DNA of 64,000 bases from Clostridia bacterium (GTDB lineage: Bacteria; Bacillota; Clostridia; Oscillospirales; CAG-272): assembly GCA_017454525.1 (NCBI GenBank), contig JAFTCT010000034.1, forward strand, positions 7,237-71,236, given 5' to 3'. Made by a program: the position numbers and the translations under genes. Of the stretch, positions 10,554-22,502 are shown in pieces; position 1 is the first letter of the stretch; each line of letters starts with the position of its first letter. Below the pieces are notes generated by a model. It saw only the letters and a program-made list of their open reading frames with translations, ran no database searches and was not told the origin of the DNA.

Positions 10554-11679
10554 ACTGAAAAACAAAATAAAGGAATACGTTCCGACGGCGGCGAGGGTAC
10601 TGTTCTGCATCGCGCTTTTCGCGCTGATCGTTCACGTCTTATGCATTTTTATCCCCCCGTTTGCGGATTTCTTTAATTTCAGGATCGCGGGGGTCGTCCG
10701 TCTGGTATTGGCGAAGATCACGGGCGTCGTTCCGTTCTCGATCTCGGAGCTCGTCGTCCTTCTCGTACTTCCGGCGATCGTGTTCATCCTCGTGTTTACC
10801 TTCAGGGAATCGAAAAAGGGGAACGACCGCAAACTGATCCGCTTCCTTTCCGGGGCGTTTGCCGTCCTGTCCCTCTTCTATACGCTGTTCGTGTTCACGC
10901 TCGGGACGGGGTATCACGGCACTTCTCTTTCCGATAAACTCGACCTTGAAAGAAAGGAACTGACGACAGACGAACTCATCGAGGTGACGGAATGGCTCGT
11001 TTCAAAGGTCAACGAATACGTGCCGAAGGTCGATTTTATCCACGATTCCTCCTCCGTCATGCCCTACAGCTTTAAGGAGATGAATGAAAAACTCTGCGAA
11101 GCGTACGCCTCCGCGACGAAGGATTATGATTTCATCATGGGCTATTCTTCCGTCATCAAGCCCGTGATGGCGAGCAAGTTCCTGTCAAAAGCGGGACTTC
11201 TCGGGATGTACAGTTACTATACGGGCGAATCCAACGTCAACGTCGACTATATGAACTACAACCTTGTTTTCACCTGCGCGCACGAGATGTCTCATCAGCG
11301 CGGGATATCGAAGGAGGACGAGGCGAACTTCATGGCGTTTCTGGTCTGTATGGAGAGCGATGATCCCTATATCAACTACTGCGGATACCTCAATATGTTC
11401 GAGTATATGCGCAATCCGCTCTATGAGGCGCTGATAAAGGAAAACCGCGCTTCCTACTATACGCGCGTGCGCGACAAACTTGACGAGCGCGCGCGGAACG
11501 ACGTGAATATCAGCGACAAGAAGACCGTTGACAATCAGGGGACGATCTCCACGATCTATAACGCCATCAACGATACCTTCATCAAAACGCAGTTGGACGA
11601 GCGCGGATCGGCGAGTTACGGATTCGTGATCGAACTGACCGCCGCTTACTATTACAAATACGTGAAACCCGCCGCCTGA
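10534..11679 (+). CDS. DUF3810-like membrane protein with an HExxH metallopeptidase-like motif
   Basis: It has N-terminal TM helices and the motif 'CAHEMSHQRG'. The TTG start lies 7 nt after AAGGAG and overlaps the rluA-family gene by 20 nt. Confidence 0.6.
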   Translation: MKKWFCKLKNKIKEYVPTAARVLFCIALFALIVHVLCIFIPPFADFFNFRIAGVVRLVLAKITGVVPFSISELVVLLVLPAIVFILVFTFRESKKGNDRKLIRFLSGAFAVLSLFYTLFVFTLGTGYHGTSLSDKLDLERKELTTDELIEVTEWLVSKVNEYVPKVDFIHDSSSVMPYSFKEMNEKLCEAYASATKDYDFIMGYSSVIKPVMASKFLSKAGLLGMYSYYTGESNVNVDYMNYNLVFTCAHEMSHQRGISKEDEANFMAFLVCMESDDPYINYCGYLNMFEYMRNPLYEALIKENRASYYTRVRDKLDERARNDVNISDKKTVDNQGTISTIYNAINDTFIKTQLDERGSASYGFVIELTAAYYYKYVKPAA

Positions 11680-11732
11680 ACGGAGGGAACGCGTAGATTA
11701 TCCGAAATGAACTACAGAAACGAGGAATGATT

Positions 11733-13655
11733 ATGCGAAAGACGTCTCTGAACAGCGATTACCCGCGCTATCTATTTCACAAAGGCGAGAATTTTACCGC
11801 GTACGAATTTATGGGCGCGCACCGGCTCTCGGGCGGGAAAACCGTCTTCCGGGTGTGGGCGCCGTCGGCGCATACGGTATATCTGGTCTGTGATGCCGCG
11901 GGATGGGATCAGGGAAAACAGATGAATAAACTCTCCGCCGAAGGGATCTGGGAAACCGTTCTGACCGAAGAGGAAAGCCCGGAGGGGATGTGCTATAAAT
12001 TCCGCATCGTTTCGGACGCCGGCGTTCGGTACAAGTGCGATCCCTATGCCCGCGCGTCCGAAAAGCCGCCGAGGTCCGCCTCTGTCCTGTACACGAAGAG
12101 CGCGGTGAGATTTACCGACAGAACGTGGATGGAGAAGAGAAGAGCGGCGGCGGAGGACGGATCGACGTTCCGGAGCCCGATGAACATCTATGAGGTGCAT
12201 CTCGCGTCCTTCATGACCAAAGACGGAAAAAGTCATTTTGAGAGCGATTCCTATCTGAACTACAGAGAACTCGCCGTAAAACTTGCAGACCACGTGCTGG
12301 ACCTCGGATACACGCACGTCGAACTGATGCCGATCACGGAATACCCTTATGACGGCTCGTGGGGATATCAGGTGACGGGATATTACGCGCCTACCGCGCG
12401 GTTCGGGACGCCCGACGATTTCAAGTATTTTGTCAATTATCTTCACAGCAAGGGGATCGGTGTGATCTTGGACTGGGTGCCCGCGCATTTCCCGAAGGAC
12501 GAGCACGGACTATTTGAGTTCGACGGAAAGCCGCTGTACGAATACGCGGACTGGCGTATGGAGCAGCCCTCCTGGGGAACGCGCTGCTTCGACGTCGCGC
12601 GCAACGAGGTCCGCTGTTTCCTTGTTTCCAGCGCGTTGTACTGGATCGAGGAATTCCATATTGACGGTCTGCGCATCGACGCGGTCGCCGCGATGCTCTA
12701 TCTCGATTACGACCGCGGACCCGGCGGCTGGGCGCCGAACAAATACGGCGGAAAAGAGAATCTTGAATCGATCGATTTCCTCAAATGCCTGAACGGCGTG
12801 ATCCATTACCGCCATCCGGACGTCTGTACGATCGCGGAGGAATCCACCGCCTTCCCGAAGGTGACCGGACGTCCCGAAGACGGCGGACTCGGCTTTACCT
12901 ACAAATGGAACATGGGATGGGCGAACGATATGTTCCGCTACGTTTCGTGCGATCCCATCGGCAGGGAACACAATCACAGCGCCCTGACGTTCCCTCTTGT
13001 GTATGCTTTTTCCGAGAAATTCGTTCTGCCCGTATCGCACGACGAGGTCGTTCACTGCAAGAAGTCGCTGATCGATAAAATGTTCGGGAACTATGAACAG
13101 AAATTTTCCGGAATGCGTCTGTTTCTGCTTTTGCAGATGACCTATCCGGGAAAGAAGCTGCTCTTCATGGGATCTGAATTCGGTCAGTTCCGCGAATGGG
13201 ATTTTATGAATCAGCTCGAATGGTTCCTTCTGGACTATCCCTCTCACCGCGCGCTGATGGATTATACGAGAGCTCTGAACCGGTTTTACCTTGCGCACCG
13301 CGAGCTTTACGAGGACGATTTTTCCTGGAACGGTTTCTCATGGATCGACGCGGACAGCGCGGACAAGAACCTTGTCGCGTTTATCCGCAGGGATATTACG
13401 GGCAACGAACTGTGCGTCGTTCTGAACTTCTCCGGAGGAGATCACGCCGACTACTGGATGCAGGTGCCTGAGGACTACAGACGCTGCGAGATACTCTTTA
13501 CCGCGGGCGGCGTGACCTGCAACGACCGTACCGAAAATGAGCGGACGGGAGAAACAAGGAGAGAATTCGGAAAGAATTATCTGAGACTCAACATCGGCCC
13601 GCTGTCGGGCGCGGTGATCAGATGCACTGACCATTATAAAGGAGGAAAGAATTAA
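11733..13655 (+). CDS. glgB: 1,4-alpha-glucan branching enzyme
   Basis: It has GH13 regions ('DWVPAHF', 'GLRIDAVA', 'AEEST', 'SHDE'). I prefer the second ATG at 11733, which lies 6 nt after GAGGA. Confidence 0.93.
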   Translation: MRKTSLNSDYPRYLFHKGENFTAYEFMGAHRLSGGKTVFRVWAPSAHTVYLVCDAAGWDQGKQMNKLSAEGIWETVLTEEESPEGMCYKFRIVSDAGVRYKCDPYARASEKPPRSASVLYTKSAVRFTDRTWMEKRRAAAEDGSTFRSPMNIYEVHLASFMTKDGKSHFESDSYLNYRELAVKLADHVLDLGYTHVELMPITEYPYDGSWGYQVTGYYAPTARFGTPDDFKYFVNYLHSKGIGVILDWVPAHFPKDEHGLFEFDGKPLYEYADWRMEQPSWGTRCFDVARNEVRCFLVSSALYWIEEFHIDGLRIDAVAAMLYLDYDRGPGGWAPNKYGGKENLESIDFLKCLNGVIHYRHPDVCTIAEESTAFPKVTGRPEDGGLGFTYKWNMGWANDMFRYVSCDPIGREHNHSALTFPLVYAFSEKFVLPVSHDEVVHCKKSLIDKMFGNYEQKFSGMRLFLLLQMTYPGKKLLFMGSEFGQFREWDFMNQLEWFLLDYPSHRALMDYTRALNRFYLAHRELYEDDFSWNGFSWIDADSADKNLVAFIRRDITGNELCVVLNFSGGDHADYWMQVPEDYRRCEILFTAGGVTCNDRTENERTGETRREFGKNYLRLNIGPLSGAVIRCTDHYKGGKN

Positions 13656-14869
13656 TGTTCAGAAAAAAGGAATGCGTCGCAATGCTGCTGGCGGGCGGAC
13701 AGGGAAGCAGGCTGTATGCTTTGACCGAAACGACCGCTAAACCCGCCGTTCCGTTCGGCGGAAAATACCGCATTATCGATTTTCCGCTTTCCAATTGCGT
13801 GAATTCCGGGATCGATACCGTCGGCGTTCTGACGCAGTACCAACCGCTGGTGTTGAATGAGTACATCGGTAACGGACAGCCCTGGGACCTTGACCGGACT
13901 GCCGGCGGCGTGACGGTCCTCCCTCCCTATCAGGCAAAGGACGGTGCGGACTGGTATAAGGGGACCGCAAACGCCATCTATCAGAATCTCAATTTCATCA
14001 ATCGCTATGAGCCCGATTACGTCCTCATTCTTTCCGGCGACCATATCTACAATATGGATTATTCGAAAATGCTCGACTATCATAAGGAGCACAACGCCGA
14101 CTGTACAATCGCGGTGATCAACGTCCCGCTTTCCGAGGCCTCCCGCTTCGGGATCATGTACACTGACGAAGAGGAGCGGATCACCGAGTTCGTTGAAAAG
14201 CCCAAGGAACCGAAATCAACGAAAGCGTCCATGGGCATCTACATCTTCGGAAGAAAGCTTCTTGAAAAATTTCTTATAATGGATGCGAAGGATCCCTCTT
14301 CCGAGAACGACTTCGGAAAGAACATCATTCCCGCGATGCTCGCTTCGGGCGCAAGGATGTTCGCATATAAATTCGAAGGGTACTGGAAGGACGTCGGAAC
14401 GATCGACAGTCTCTGGGAAGCGAACATGGATCTGCTGGGCGATAATCCCGCCTTCAATCTGCACGACCGGAGATTCAAGGTCTATTCGAGAAACGACGCG
14501 CGTCAGCCGCAGTTTATCGGCAAGCAGGCGACCGTTCTGAATTCTCTCATTACCGAAGGCTGTGAGATTTACGGCACCGTCGTGAATTCCGTACTGTTCT
14601 CGGGCGTGTACGTTGCGCCCGGCGCAGTCGTCAGGGACAGCGTCATCTTCTCGGACAGCATGATCATGGGCGGCTCGATCGTCGATTATTCGATGCTCGA
14701 TCATGACGTCGTCGTCGGTACGGGCGCCGTAGTCGGCACGAAGAAGGCGAAGGGCAGGAAGATCACGGTGATCGGCGCGCAGAATTCGATCGATCCGGGC
14801 ATGGAGATCAAAGAGGGTGCAATGATCTATCCCCCGAACAACATCACGAATGAAGAGGAGGATCAGTAA
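13655..14869 (+). CDS. glgC: Glucose-1-phosphate adenylyltransferase catalytic subunit
   Basis: It has '[11 protein letters not shown]...[18 protein letters not shown]' and a C-terminal left-handed beta-helix. Confidence 0.93.
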   Translation: MFRKKECVAMLLAGGQGSRLYALTETTAKPAVPFGGKYRIIDFPLSNCVNSGIDTVGVLTQYQPLVLNEYIGNGQPWDLDRTAGGVTVLPPYQAKDGADWYKGTANAIYQNLNFINRYEPDYVLILSGDHIYNMDYSKMLDYHKEHNADCTIAVINVPLSEASRFGIMYTDEEERITEFVEKPKEPKSTKASMGIYIFGRKLLEKFLIMDAKDPSSENDFGKNIIPAMLASGARMFAYKFEGYWKDVGTIDSLWEANMDLLGDNPAFNLHDRRFKVYSRNDARQPQFIGKQATVLNSLITEGCEIYGTVVNSVLFSGVYVAPGAVVRDSVIFSDSMIMGGSIVDYSMLDHDVVVGTGAVVGTKKAKGRKITVIGAQNSIDPGMEIKEGAMIYPPNNITNEEEDQ

Positions 14870-14871
14870 TC

Positions 14872-16002
14872 ATGGTAGAAGGCATTGTTTTTTCGGGTCT
14901 GCACGACGATGCGATCCCCGAGCTTACCAGAGAGAGAACGATGGCGTCGCTTCCTTTTGCGTGCCGGTACAGACTCATCGACTTTCCGCTTTCCACTCTC
15001 GTCAACGCAGGGATCACAAACGTATACGTGATCGCGCAGCGGAACTATCAGTCTCTGACAGACCACCTCGGCTCCGGAAAAGACTGGGATCTCGCCAGAA
15101 GATCGGGCGGACTCAGGATCATGACGCCCTACATCAGCGCTTTTGCGGGAAACGCCATGGCTAAATTCAACTCGCGGCTGGAGGCGCTCAAAACGATTTC
15201 CAACGCGGTATTCAGTATGACGGGCGATTACGTTGTGCTGGCTGACTGCGACGGGATCTGCAATATCAATCTGAACGATATGATTGATCAGCACGCCCGC
15301 AGCGGCGCCGATATCACGATCGCCGTCAAAAAGGTGAACGTCACCCCCGAGCGCGGGGAACGGTCTGTGATCATTGAATCCGACGAAACGGGAAGGATCA
15401 CGGGCGCTTTGGTTCGTCCGTCGAGGATCGCCGGGAGCCACGATATCAATCTCAATATCTGGGTCGTCTCGAGAAGATATCTGCAGAGTATGCTTCACGA
15501 CGCGCTCTCCAAGGGGCTGACGAGCATGAGCCGCGATTTTCTGTGCAGGAACGCCGCCTATGCAAAGTACATGATCTATCGCTACGAGGGCTACTATGCA
15601 AGTCTGACGTCGCTGCAGGACTACTACGCAAGCTCCATGGGGCTCCTCTCCTCCAATGAAGACCGCAATTCGATCTTCAACGTCAAAAACCGTCCCATCA
15701 TCACCAAAGTCCGTAATTCCACGCCGACAAAATACAGCGACGGCGCGGTCGTGAAGAACTCTCTGATCGCCGACGGATGCGTGATCGAGGGGACCGTCGA
15801 GAATTCGCTGCTTTTCCGCGGCGTTCACGTCGGCAAGAATACGGTGATCAGAAATTCGATCCTGTTTCAGGATACCTATACGGGCAATTCCGTTTCGCTC
15901 GATTGCGTGATCGCCGACAAGAACGTCGTCATCCGCGATTACAGAAAGCTGTCCGGGTATGAAACGCTTCCGTTCTGTATCGGAAAGGGAAAGATGGTAT
16001 AA
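14872..16002 (+). CDS. glgD: Glucose-1-phosphate adenylyltransferase regulatory subunit GlgD
   Basis: It is a GlgC paralogue lacking the GGxGxRL motif ('R.MASLPF..RYRLIDF.LS') and sits in the Firmicute-type glgCD pair. Confidence 0.85.
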   Translation: MVEGIVFSGLHDDAIPELTRERTMASLPFACRYRLIDFPLSTLVNAGITNVYVIAQRNYQSLTDHLGSGKDWDLARRSGGLRIMTPYISAFAGNAMAKFNSRLEALKTISNAVFSMTGDYVVLADCDGICNINLNDMIDQHARSGADITIAVKKVNVTPERGERSVIIESDETGRITGALVRPSRIAGSHDINLNIWVVSRRYLQSMLHDALSKGLTSMSRDFLCRNAAYAKYMIYRYEGYYASLTSLQDYYASSMGLLSSNEDRNSIFNVKNRPIITKVRNSTPTKYSDGAVVKNSLIADGCVIEGTVENSLLFRGVHVGKNTVIRNSILFQDTYTGNSVSLDCVIADKNVVIRDYRKLSGYETLPFCIGKGKMV

Positions 16003-16032
16003 CAGCGTCTTCATCAACGGCAAAAGAAAGGA

Positions 16033-17460
16033 ATGGTGAATTTGTCAAAAAAGATCTTATTCGCAGCATCGGAAGCCAACCCTTACGCGGGGACGGGCGG
16101 TCTGGGAGACGTGATCGGCTCGCTGCCGAAAGCGATCGCAGAACTGGATGATACCGCGGACGTGCGCGTCGTTCTTCCTTTGTACAGTACGATCAAAAGC
16201 GAGTACAGACAGAAGATGAAAAAACTCGGCGAGTATACGGTCGATCTGTCATGGAGAAAAAAATACTGCGGATTATTTTCTCTCAAAGAGGGAAAAGTGA
16301 CTTATTACTTTATAGATAACGAGGATTACTTCAAGCGCAACGCTTTGTACGGGAATTTTGACGACGGTGAACGGTATGCGTTTTTCTGCAAGGCGGTGAT
16401 GGAAACGGTGAAACGTCTTGACTTTATTCCGGATATCCTTCACTGCAACGACTGGCAGTCGGCGCTTTGCGTGATCTATCAGAAGCACGTATACCGTTTT
16501 TACGGTACGAAGACCGTTTATACGATCCATAATATCGAGTATCAGGGGATCTATGATCAGGCGATCCTCGGCGACGTGTTCGATCTTCCGGAGGAAGCGC
16601 GCAACGACGTTGTGTACGACGGGTGCATCAATCTGACCAAAGGCGCGATGATGTGCGCCAACCGCGTGACGACCGTTTCGCCGCGCTATGCGCAGGAGAT
16701 CCGGGGAATACAGTATTCCTCCGGCCTGTCCTATGCGGTCAACGACTGCGCGCATAAACTGTCGGGGATCGTCAACGGTATCGATTATTCGATCTATGAT
16801 CCGAAAAAGAACAAGGATATCGTCGCAAACTATTCAAAAACCAATCCGAAAAACAAGATGGTCTGCAAGCTGGACGTTCAGCGTCTCTTCGGGCTTCCGG
16901 AATCCCCGCACACGCCGATGATCGCGATGATCTCGCGCCTTGCGGCGCACAAAGGATTTGATATCCTCAGGCGCTGTTTTGAGAGACTGATCGACCGCGA
17001 TCTGCAGTTCGTTCTGCTCGGCACCGGCGAAGCGGAGCTTGAGAATTATTTTGAGAATATGCACAGGCGGTACCCTCATAAATGCGGCGTGATGATCGCG
17101 TACAATAAAGCGATCGCAAGCAAGATCTATGCGGGCGCGGATATTTTCCTGATGCCCTCGAAGAGCGAGCCGTGCGGGCTTGCGCAGATGATGGCGTGCC
17201 GGTACGGGACCGTACCGGTCGTTCACGCGGTCGGAGGACTTGCGGACACGATCGTTCCGTACAATCCGGTCACCGGAAAAGGAAACGGCGTGAATTTCTG
17301 CGATTATGATCCGGAAGAGCTTCTTCGTGCCGTCGACAAAGCGCTTTCGCTCTACGGAGACGCAAAACACTGGAAGAAACTGATGTTCAACGCGATGAGT
17401 TCGGACTTCTCCTGGCAGAATTCCGCGCGCGCATATCTCGATCTCTACAACGGGATCTGA
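16033..17460 (+). CDS. glgA: Glycogen synthase (ADP-glucose type, GT5)
   Basis: It has 'SE..P.A.TGGLGDV' near the N-terminus and 'PS..EPCGL.Q' in the C-terminal half. The exact start is uncertain within the first few codons. Confidence 0.92.
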   Translation: MVNLSKKILFAASEANPYAGTGGLGDVIGSLPKAIAELDDTADVRVVLPLYSTIKSEYRQKMKKLGEYTVDLSWRKKYCGLFSLKEGKVTYYFIDNEDYFKRNALYGNFDDGERYAFFCKAVMETVKRLDFIPDILHCNDWQSALCVIYQKHVYRFYGTKTVYTIHNIEYQGIYDQAILGDVFDLPEEARNDVVYDGCINLTKGAMMCANRVTTVSPRYAQEIRGIQYSSGLSYAVNDCAHKLSGIVNGIDYSIYDPKKNKDIVANYSKTNPKNKMVCKLDVQRLFGLPESPHTPMIAMISRLAAHKGFDILRRCFERLIDRDLQFVLLGTGEAELENYFENMHRRYPHKCGVMIAYNKAIASKIYAGADIFLMPSKSEPCGLAQMMACRYGTVPVVHAVGGLADTIVPYNPVTGKGNGVNFCDYDPEELLRAVDKALSLYGDAKHWKKLMFNAMSSDFSWQNSARAYLDLYNGI

Positions 17461-17495
17461 CCGATTTTCAGAATCAGAAAGGACAAGCAAAGCAT

Positions 17496-19946
17496 ATGAA
17501 TACCAAAGCACCGGAAAAGAACGAAGTGATCACAGGCGAGAAGGAGCTGACCGATGCGATCGCCGGCAAGCTTGCGCGTTACTACAACGTGTCGATGGAT
17601 GAGGCGGGCAAAGAGCAGTTCTTCGGCGCGCTTCAGCTTGTAGTCAGGGACGTTCTTTCCCAGAAACGCGCGATTTTCAAGCACAATATCAAAAAGGAAC
17701 AGGCAAAGAGGATCTACTATATCTGCATTGAATTCCTGATCGGAAGACAGTTGAAGAACAACATCATGAATCTCGGGATCGAGAACGACGTGCGGTCCAT
17801 TCTTGAGAAAAACGGTTTGGATTTTGAAGACGTTTGCGCAATGGAAGCGGATCCCGGACTCGGAAACGGCGGACTCGGCCGTCTTGCGGCGTGCTTCATG
17901 GACTCTCTGACGAGTATGAACTACCCTGCGACCGGATGTTCGATCCTTTACGATTACGGTATGTTCAAGCAGAAGATCATCGACGGAGAGCAGGTCGAGC
18001 TGCCCGATATCTGGCTGCCCAGCGAGAACGCTTCTCTGATCCCGCGCAACGATAAAGCGGTCACGGTCCGTTTCGGCGGAAAGATCTCGGAGAGCTGGCA
18101 GAACGGAAGATGCGAAGTGATCCACACCGATTTTGAGGAAGTGCAGGCGGTCCCTTACGATCTTCTTATTTCCGGATACGATTGCGACGCCGTCAACACG
18201 CTTCGCCTCTACCGGGCGAAGGATACGCGCGTTTTCAATATGGGGCTCTTCTCTCAGGGCGAGTATCTCAAGGCGATGCAGGAGTCGTCTAACGCCGAGG
18301 TCATCACCAAGGTGCTGTATCCCGCGGATAACCATTATGAAGGAAAGCTTCTGCGTCTCACGCAGCAGTATTTCCTTGTTTCGGCGTCCCTGCAGAACAT
18401 TATCGCCGATCACCTGCACCGTTACGGAACGCTTTCCAATTTCTGCGAGAAAGTATCGATCCACATCAACGATACGCACCCCGCGCTTGTCGTTCCGGAA
18501 CTGATGCGCATTCTGCTCGATACCTATTCCTATACCTGGGAGAACGCATGGGACGTCGTCACCAAATCTGTGACCTATACCAACCATACCGTTCTTCCCG
18601 AAGCGCTTGAATGCTGGAATGAAGACCTTTTCGCGCTGCGTCTTCCGAGGATCCACATGATCGTTTGCGAGATCAACAGAAGATTCTGCGCGGATCTCTG
18701 GAACGCTTATCCCGGCGACTGGGACAGGATCTCGAGAATGTCGATCATCTGCAATCACTCCGTCCGTATGGCGAATATGTCGGTACTCGCTTCCCATACC
18801 GTCAACGGCGTGTCCGCTCTGCACACCGAGATCCTCAAAAAGACGGTCTTCAGAGATTTCTACAACTATACGCCCGACAAGTTCGTCAACGTCACCAACG
18901 GTATTGCCCACAGGCGGTGGCTCTGTTTTGCCAATCCCGGACTTGCCGCGCTGCTGGACGAGACGATCGGAACGGATTATCGCAAACAGCCCGAAAAACT
19001 CAAGGATTTTGCCGCTTTTGCGGATGACGGTCAGGTTCTCGCAAGACTGGCGGAGATCAAGAGAGAGAACAAGGCGCGCTTCTCCGATTACTGCGCATCA
19101 AAGACGGGGATCATGCCCGATCCGGATTCTCTGTTTGACGTTCAGATCAAACGTATGCACGAGTACAAGCGCCAGCTGCTCAACTGTCTGCGCATCATTG
19201 CGATCTATGATATGCTCCGCGAGGATCCCTCGCTTGATATCCAGCCGCAGACCTTTATCTTCGGCGCCAAAGCCGCGCCGGGATACTATATGGCGAAGCA
19301 GATCATCAAGCTGATCTGGAACCTCAGCCGCGAGATCGAGAAATCGCCCGAGATCTCAAAGAAGCTCCGCGTGATCTTCATGGAGGACTACAACGTGTCT
19401 CTTGCGGAGATCCTTATTCCCGCGTCGGAGCTGAGCGAACAGATCTCTCTTGCGGGTAAGGAAGCAAGCGGTACCGGCAATATGAAACAGATGATCAACG
19501 GCGCCCTGACGATCGGAACTTATGACGGCGCGAACGTAGAGATGACGAAAGCCGTCGGTAACGGGAACATCTATATATTCGGCCTGAGGAACAATGAAGT
19601 CGACGAGCTTTGGCAGAAGGGGTACCGCGCCGCGGATTATTTCAACGCAAGCCCCGTGCTTCGCAGGGCGATCAACCGGTTGGGGATCGGATTCAACGGC
19701 GTTTCCTTCAAGGAAATGGTCACGTACCTTCTGATGACCACCGGCGTGGCGGATCCCTATATGTGCCTCGCAGATTTCGATTCCTACTGCTTTACCCACG
19801 AGAAAGCGCTGCGCGATTATAAGGACGTCACGGTATGGAATAAGAAATCCCTGTACAATATCGCCGCGGCCGGCTTCTTCGCCGCTGACAGAAGTATAAA
19901 GGAGTATGCGGACAGGATCTGGCATATCCTGCCGGTGAAGGAGTAA
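17496..19946 (+). CDS. glgP: Glycogen/maltodextrin phosphorylase (GT35)
   Basis: It has 'GNGGLGRLAACF', the PLP-site region 'EASGTGNMK', and is 816 aa. Confidence 0.93.
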   Translation: MNTKAPEKNEVITGEKELTDAIAGKLARYYNVSMDEAGKEQFFGALQLVVRDVLSQKRAIFKHNIKKEQAKRIYYICIEFLIGRQLKNNIMNLGIENDVRSILEKNGLDFEDVCAMEADPGLGNGGLGRLAACFMDSLTSMNYPATGCSILYDYGMFKQKIIDGEQVELPDIWLPSENASLIPRNDKAVTVRFGGKISESWQNGRCEVIHTDFEEVQAVPYDLLISGYDCDAVNTLRLYRAKDTRVFNMGLFSQGEYLKAMQESSNAEVITKVLYPADNHYEGKLLRLTQQYFLVSASLQNIIADHLHRYGTLSNFCEKVSIHINDTHPALVVPELMRILLDTYSYTWENAWDVVTKSVTYTNHTVLPEALECWNEDLFALRLPRIHMIVCEINRRFCADLWNAYPGDWDRISRMSIICNHSVRMANMSVLASHTVNGVSALHTEILKKTVFRDFYNYTPDKFVNVTNGIAHRRWLCFANPGLAALLDETIGTDYRKQPEKLKDFAAFADDGQVLARLAEIKRENKARFSDYCASKTGIMPDPDSLFDVQIKRMHEYKRQLLNCLRIIAIYDMLREDPSLDIQPQTFIFGAKAAPGYYMAKQIIKLIWNLSREIEKSPEISKKLRVIFMEDYNVSLAEILIPASELSEQISLAGKEASGTGNMKQMINGALTIGTYDGANVEMTKAVGNGNIYIFGLRNNEVDELWQKGYRAADYFNASPVLRRAINRLGIGFNGVSFKEMVTYLLMTTGVADPYMCLADFDSYCFTHEKALRDYKDVTVWNKKSLYNIAAAGFFAADRSIKEYADRIWHILPVKE

Positions 19947-19985
19947 TCTTATCAGTTCACATCCTGAAAGGAACGCACGGGCATC

Positions 19986-21875
19986 ATGGCAAGGTTCGTA
20001 AAAGAGGGACAGGAGTATTCCGTCGTCCTGCGATCCAAGGATCTGCGGCACGCGGAACTCTTCTCGTCATTTGAATACGGAACGGTTCTCGAATATACCG
20101 TTCGTTCGGTAACGGGAGATCTTCCGATTGACAGTTTTATGATCCTGACGCGGGACGCAGACGGTGAAAAGTATGTGATCCCCGGTTTCAGGACCGGATG
20201 CGGCAGTCTTTTCACCGTCCATACAGACGAGATCTGCAAAAAGAACGATCCCTGCGGTCTGTTCTTCTGCGTTTTCGACCTCGGCGGCGTCTGTATCTCT
20301 CCGTCGGAATACGGGGAGGGTTACTATATCGGCTCATACGGCGATCCCGCCGTATGCTTTCAGCTGACGGTATACCGCCCGCAGACCAACCGTGCGACAG
20401 GATATGAGGGAGGGATCATGTATCAGATCTTTCCCGACAGATTCTGCCGCGCCGGGGGACCGTTCCGGAAAGAAAACGCCGTGACGGAGGAGGACTGGTA
20501 CGCGCTTGTCAGCGAATACGCCGCATATCCTGGCGCCCCGCTGAAGAATAATCATTTCTTCGGCGGAACGCTTTACGGGATCGCGGAGAAGCTTTTCCGT
20601 CTCAAGGAACTCGGGGTGACGCTGCTCTATCTCAATCCGATCTTCAAGGCGGCTTCCAACCACCGGTATGATACGGGCGATTACGAGCACGTCGACGAAT
20701 TGCTGGGCGGCGATCCCGCGCTTGAATATCTGATCGGCGAATGCCGGAAGTGCGGGATCTCCGTGATCCTTGACGGCGTGTTCAATCACACCGGTTCCGA
20801 CAGCAGGTACTTCAATAAATACGGCCATTATCCGGAAACGGGCGCGTATCAGAGCAAGGACTCTCCGTATTTCGAATGGTACTGTTTTACCGATTATCCC
20901 GACAGATACGAGAGTTGGTGGGGGATCGATATCCTGCCGAAGGTCCGCTCGGGCGACAGTTCGTTTCGGGACTATATCGCCGGACCCGGCGGCATACTCG
21001 AGCGCTATCTGTCTCTCGGGATCGCGGGATGGCGTCTTGACGTGGCGGACGAACTGCCGGACAGGATGCTTGACGCGATCTCCGGACGGGTCAAAGCCTG
21101 CGACCGGAACGGCGTGATCATCGGCGAGGTCTGGGAAGACGCGTCCAACAAGATCGCATATTCCGTAAGAAAACGCTACTTCATGAACGGTCAGCTGACT
21201 TCGGTCATGAACTATCCGCTGAAGAACGCGATCATTTCATTTATGCTGACGCGCAATGCGGACGATCTCTACTATACCGAAAGGATGCTGTACAGGCATT
21301 ATCCGAAATGCGCCTCCGATATGCTGATGAATATCCTCTCTTCACACGATACGCCGCGCATTCTGAATATGCTGGCGGGTCCCGTGCACGAAGGGATGTC
21401 CATGGACGAAATGGCGACCGCGCGTTTAACGGAGAATGAGCGCGCGGCGGCGGTTTCCCGCCTCAGACACGCAGTTCTTCTTCAGATGCTTCTTCCGGGG
21501 ATCCCCTGCATTTATTACGGAGATGAGGCGGGTATGGAGGGCGACCGTGATCCGTTCAACAGACAGACCTATAAGTGGGGACGTGAGGACAGGGAAGTAA
21601 TGGATATGTATTCGCGCATGACCGCGCTCAGGACGTCCCTTCCGATGCTTGCAGACGCCTATTACCGCGGGCTCGAGCACAAAAACGGCGTTTATGCGTT
21701 TGAACGCTTTAACGACCGGCAGCGGCTGTACGTCGCCGTGAACCTTTCGGAAGATCGTTATGCAACGCCCGATTCCTGTAAAGGAAGGGTGCTGTATCCC
21801 GTCGAAGGGGAAGTGTCCGGCAGCTATTTACTGGAGCCGGACGGCGCGTGCGTGATCATTTACGAAGAGGAGTAA
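19986..21875 (+). CDS. GH13 alpha-amylase-family glycosidase (neopullulanase/debranching-like) attached to the glycogen operon
   Basis: It has GH13 conserved regions 'DGVFNH', 'GWRLDVADE', 'GEVWE' and 'SHDTPR'. Confidence 0.85.
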   Translation: MARFVKEGQEYSVVLRSKDLRHAELFSSFEYGTVLEYTVRSVTGDLPIDSFMILTRDADGEKYVIPGFRTGCGSLFTVHTDEICKKNDPCGLFFCVFDLGGVCISPSEYGEGYYIGSYGDPAVCFQLTVYRPQTNRATGYEGGIMYQIFPDRFCRAGGPFRKENAVTEEDWYALVSEYAAYPGAPLKNNHFFGGTLYGIAEKLFRLKELGVTLLYLNPIFKAASNHRYDTGDYEHVDELLGGDPALEYLIGECRKCGISVILDGVFNHTGSDSRYFNKYGHYPETGAYQSKDSPYFEWYCFTDYPDRYESWWGIDILPKVRSGDSSFRDYIAGPGGILERYLSLGIAGWRLDVADELPDRMLDAISGRVKACDRNGVIIGEVWEDASNKIAYSVRKRYFMNGQLTSVMNYPLKNAIISFMLTRNADDLYYTERMLYRHYPKCASDMLMNILSSHDTPRILNMLAGPVHEGMSMDEMATARLTENERAAAVSRLRHAVLLQMLLPGIPCIYYGDEAGMEGDRDPFNRQTYKWGREDREVMDMYSRMTALRTSLPMLADAYYRGLEHKNGVYAFERFNDRQRLYVAVNLSEDRYATPDSCKGRVLYPVEGEVSGSYLLEPDGACVIIYEEE

Positions 21876-21879
21876 GACT

Positions 21880-22497
21880 TTGGAGAAAAATGACAACAGC
21901 AGAGCGCTCACGCTGCTCTGTAAGATCATAAGGATCTTAACGGCGCCGGCGATCCTCGCCGTGATGCTCTCTCTGATCCTGATGTTTACATACGGTGAAA
22001 CGCCCCGATCACGGTTCATTCTGCTTGCGCTCTTTACAGGCGTGATCCCCGTTCTTTCCTACCCCGTCTGCTTCGTCGTTCCGGCACTCAGGCGCAAGGG
22101 AAGAGACTTTGAAAGAAAGGCGGCGTTCGTATCCTCAACGGTCGGTTATACGGGCGGCGTGATCTGGGCGGCGGTTTCCGGCGCGCCGAAGACCGTCAAA
22201 ATCGTTTGTCTGACCTATTTTTTGTCGGTCCTCTTTCTGATCCTGTTCAATAAAGTGCTGAAGATCAAAGCGAGCGGTCATGCCTGCGGCATATTCGGGC
22301 CGCTTCTGACGGCCGTAATGTACGCCGGATACGTGTGGATCCTTCCGTGCGCGGCGATCCTTCTTCTCGTTTGCTTTTCGTCGCTTTATCTGAAAAGGCA
22401 TACGCTCCCGCAGCTTCTGTTCGGAATGCTGTGTTCGGGGACGGCGCTTTTCCTGTCCGTGGGGATCGTGCAGCTTATACCGTCGTTTTCGGCATAA
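21880..22497 (+). CDS. Integral membrane protein of unknown function (possible degenerate PAP2-like)
   Basis: It has about 6 TM segments and 'SGH' and 'KRH' motifs faintly reminiscent of PAP2 C2/C3. The TTG start lies 7 nt after GAGGAG. Confidence 0.45.
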   Translation: MEKNDNSRALTLLCKIIRILTAPAILAVMLSLILMFTYGETPRSRFILLALFTGVIPVLSYPVCFVVPALRRKGRDFERKAAFVSSTVGYTGGVIWAAVSGAPKTVKIVCLTYFLSVLFLILFNKVLKIKASGHACGIFGPLLTAVMYAGYVWILPCAAILLLVCFSSLYLKRHTLPQLLFGMLCSGTALFLSVGIVQLIPSFSA

Positions 22498-22502
22498 AAA
22501 AA

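Noticed and set aside
14863-18911. Long minus-strand ORFs opposite glgD, glgA and glgP (14863..16023, 16834..17511, 17445..18911), and the similar 36383..38017 ORF opposite the peptidase
   Set aside because: They are antisense to genes with unmistakable family motifs, have no RBS or promoter context, and show biased composition.
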